A DNA stretch of 63,736 nt, filler included, from Octopus bimaculoides (lineage: Eukaryota): NCBI RefSeq assembly GCF_001194135.2. It is 6 parts of 6 records of this genome, joined end to end, with 100 filler letters (N's around TTAATTAATTAA, not from the genome) between each part and the next. Parts side by side here need not be neighbours in the genome. Positions count along the whole stretch, not along the records: positions 57,592 to 63,736 come from NC_068988.1; 5 more parts are not named here. One strand, 5' to 3'. The notes under the pieces were generated by a model that was not told where the DNA came from, searched no databases, and saw only the letters and a list, made by a program, of their open reading frames with translations. The translations under genes were made by a program, and so were the position numbers. This document shows positions 63,385 through 63,736 of the stretch, piece by piece. Numbering within the stretch: the first letter of the stretch is position 1; every line of letters begins with the position of its first letter.

Positions 63385-63545
63385 AGGAGTGGCTGTGTGG
63401 TAAGTACCTTGCTTACGAACCACATGGTTCCGTGTTTAGTCCCACTGCGTGGCACCTTGGGCAAGTGTCTTCTACTATAGCCTCGGGCCAACCAAAGCCT
63501 TGTGAGTAGAATTGGTAGACGGAAACTGAAAGAAGCCCGTCGTAT
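63385..63545 (+). mobile_element. Abundant two-part tRNA-SINE with central microsatellite (5' half here); other copies or halves near 9090, 16170-16640, 18810, 24185, 27255, 29490, 30670-31020, 33490, 53985, 58020-58370, 61970
   Basis: GGAGTGGCTGTGTGGTAAG…GGCACCTTGGGCAAGTGTCTTCTACTATAGCC…GAAAGAAGCCCGTCG. 3' half …GTAACTTAGCGGTTCGGC…GCGGTGCTCCAGCATGGCCGCAGTC. Confidence 0.85.
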
Positions 63546-63736
63546 ATACGTATATATATCATCATTATTGTTTAACGTCCGCTTTCCATGCTAGCATGGG
63601 TTGGACGATTTGACTGAGGACTGGTGAAACCGGATGGCAACACCAGGCTCCAATCTAATTTGGCAGAGTTTCTACAGCTGGATGCCCTTCCTAACGCCAA
63701 CCACTCAGAGAATGTAGTGGGTGCTTTTACGTGTCA

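Noticed and set aside
566-63736. Long ORFs in the supplied track (poly-X, HTHT, YIYI, IIII, LSLS types)
   Set aside because: They run through N gaps or microsatellites and are artefacts, not genes.

Overview
Repeat-dense, microsatellite-rich eukaryotic DNA with many N gaps. The SINE families, simple-repeat load and assembly style suggest an octopus/cephalopod genome (inference). Five TTAATTAATTAA linkers inside N gaps are artificial joins, so long-range order is uncertain. Most ORFs in the track are microsatellite or gap artefacts. Real coding signal is one KCTD5/2/17-family exon (37851-37946, +) and three phase-compatible exons of an unidentified minus-strand gene (33108-26653), diverging from a CpG-retaining promoter-like region near 36-37.4 kb. 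The rest is transposon debris: R4/Dong-like RLE LINEs of at least three families, Penelope-like elements, mariner and hAT MITEs, a Chapaev3-like transposase relic, a Helitron end, an LTR with an iMet-type PBS and several tRNA-SINE families. The most striking signal is a set of hammerhead-ribozyme (HHR) elements. One is an apparently intact type I HHR (50344-50394) inside a ~263-nt structured unit present as an inverted pair around a (TA)n gap. Another is a ~370-400-nt HHR-bearing monomer in tandem and inverted array (38.9-39.9 kb). Three further degenerate minimal HHRs also occur. A Dong-like LINE family appears to stack at (ACAT)n repeats, whereas its relatives here use (AAT)n.
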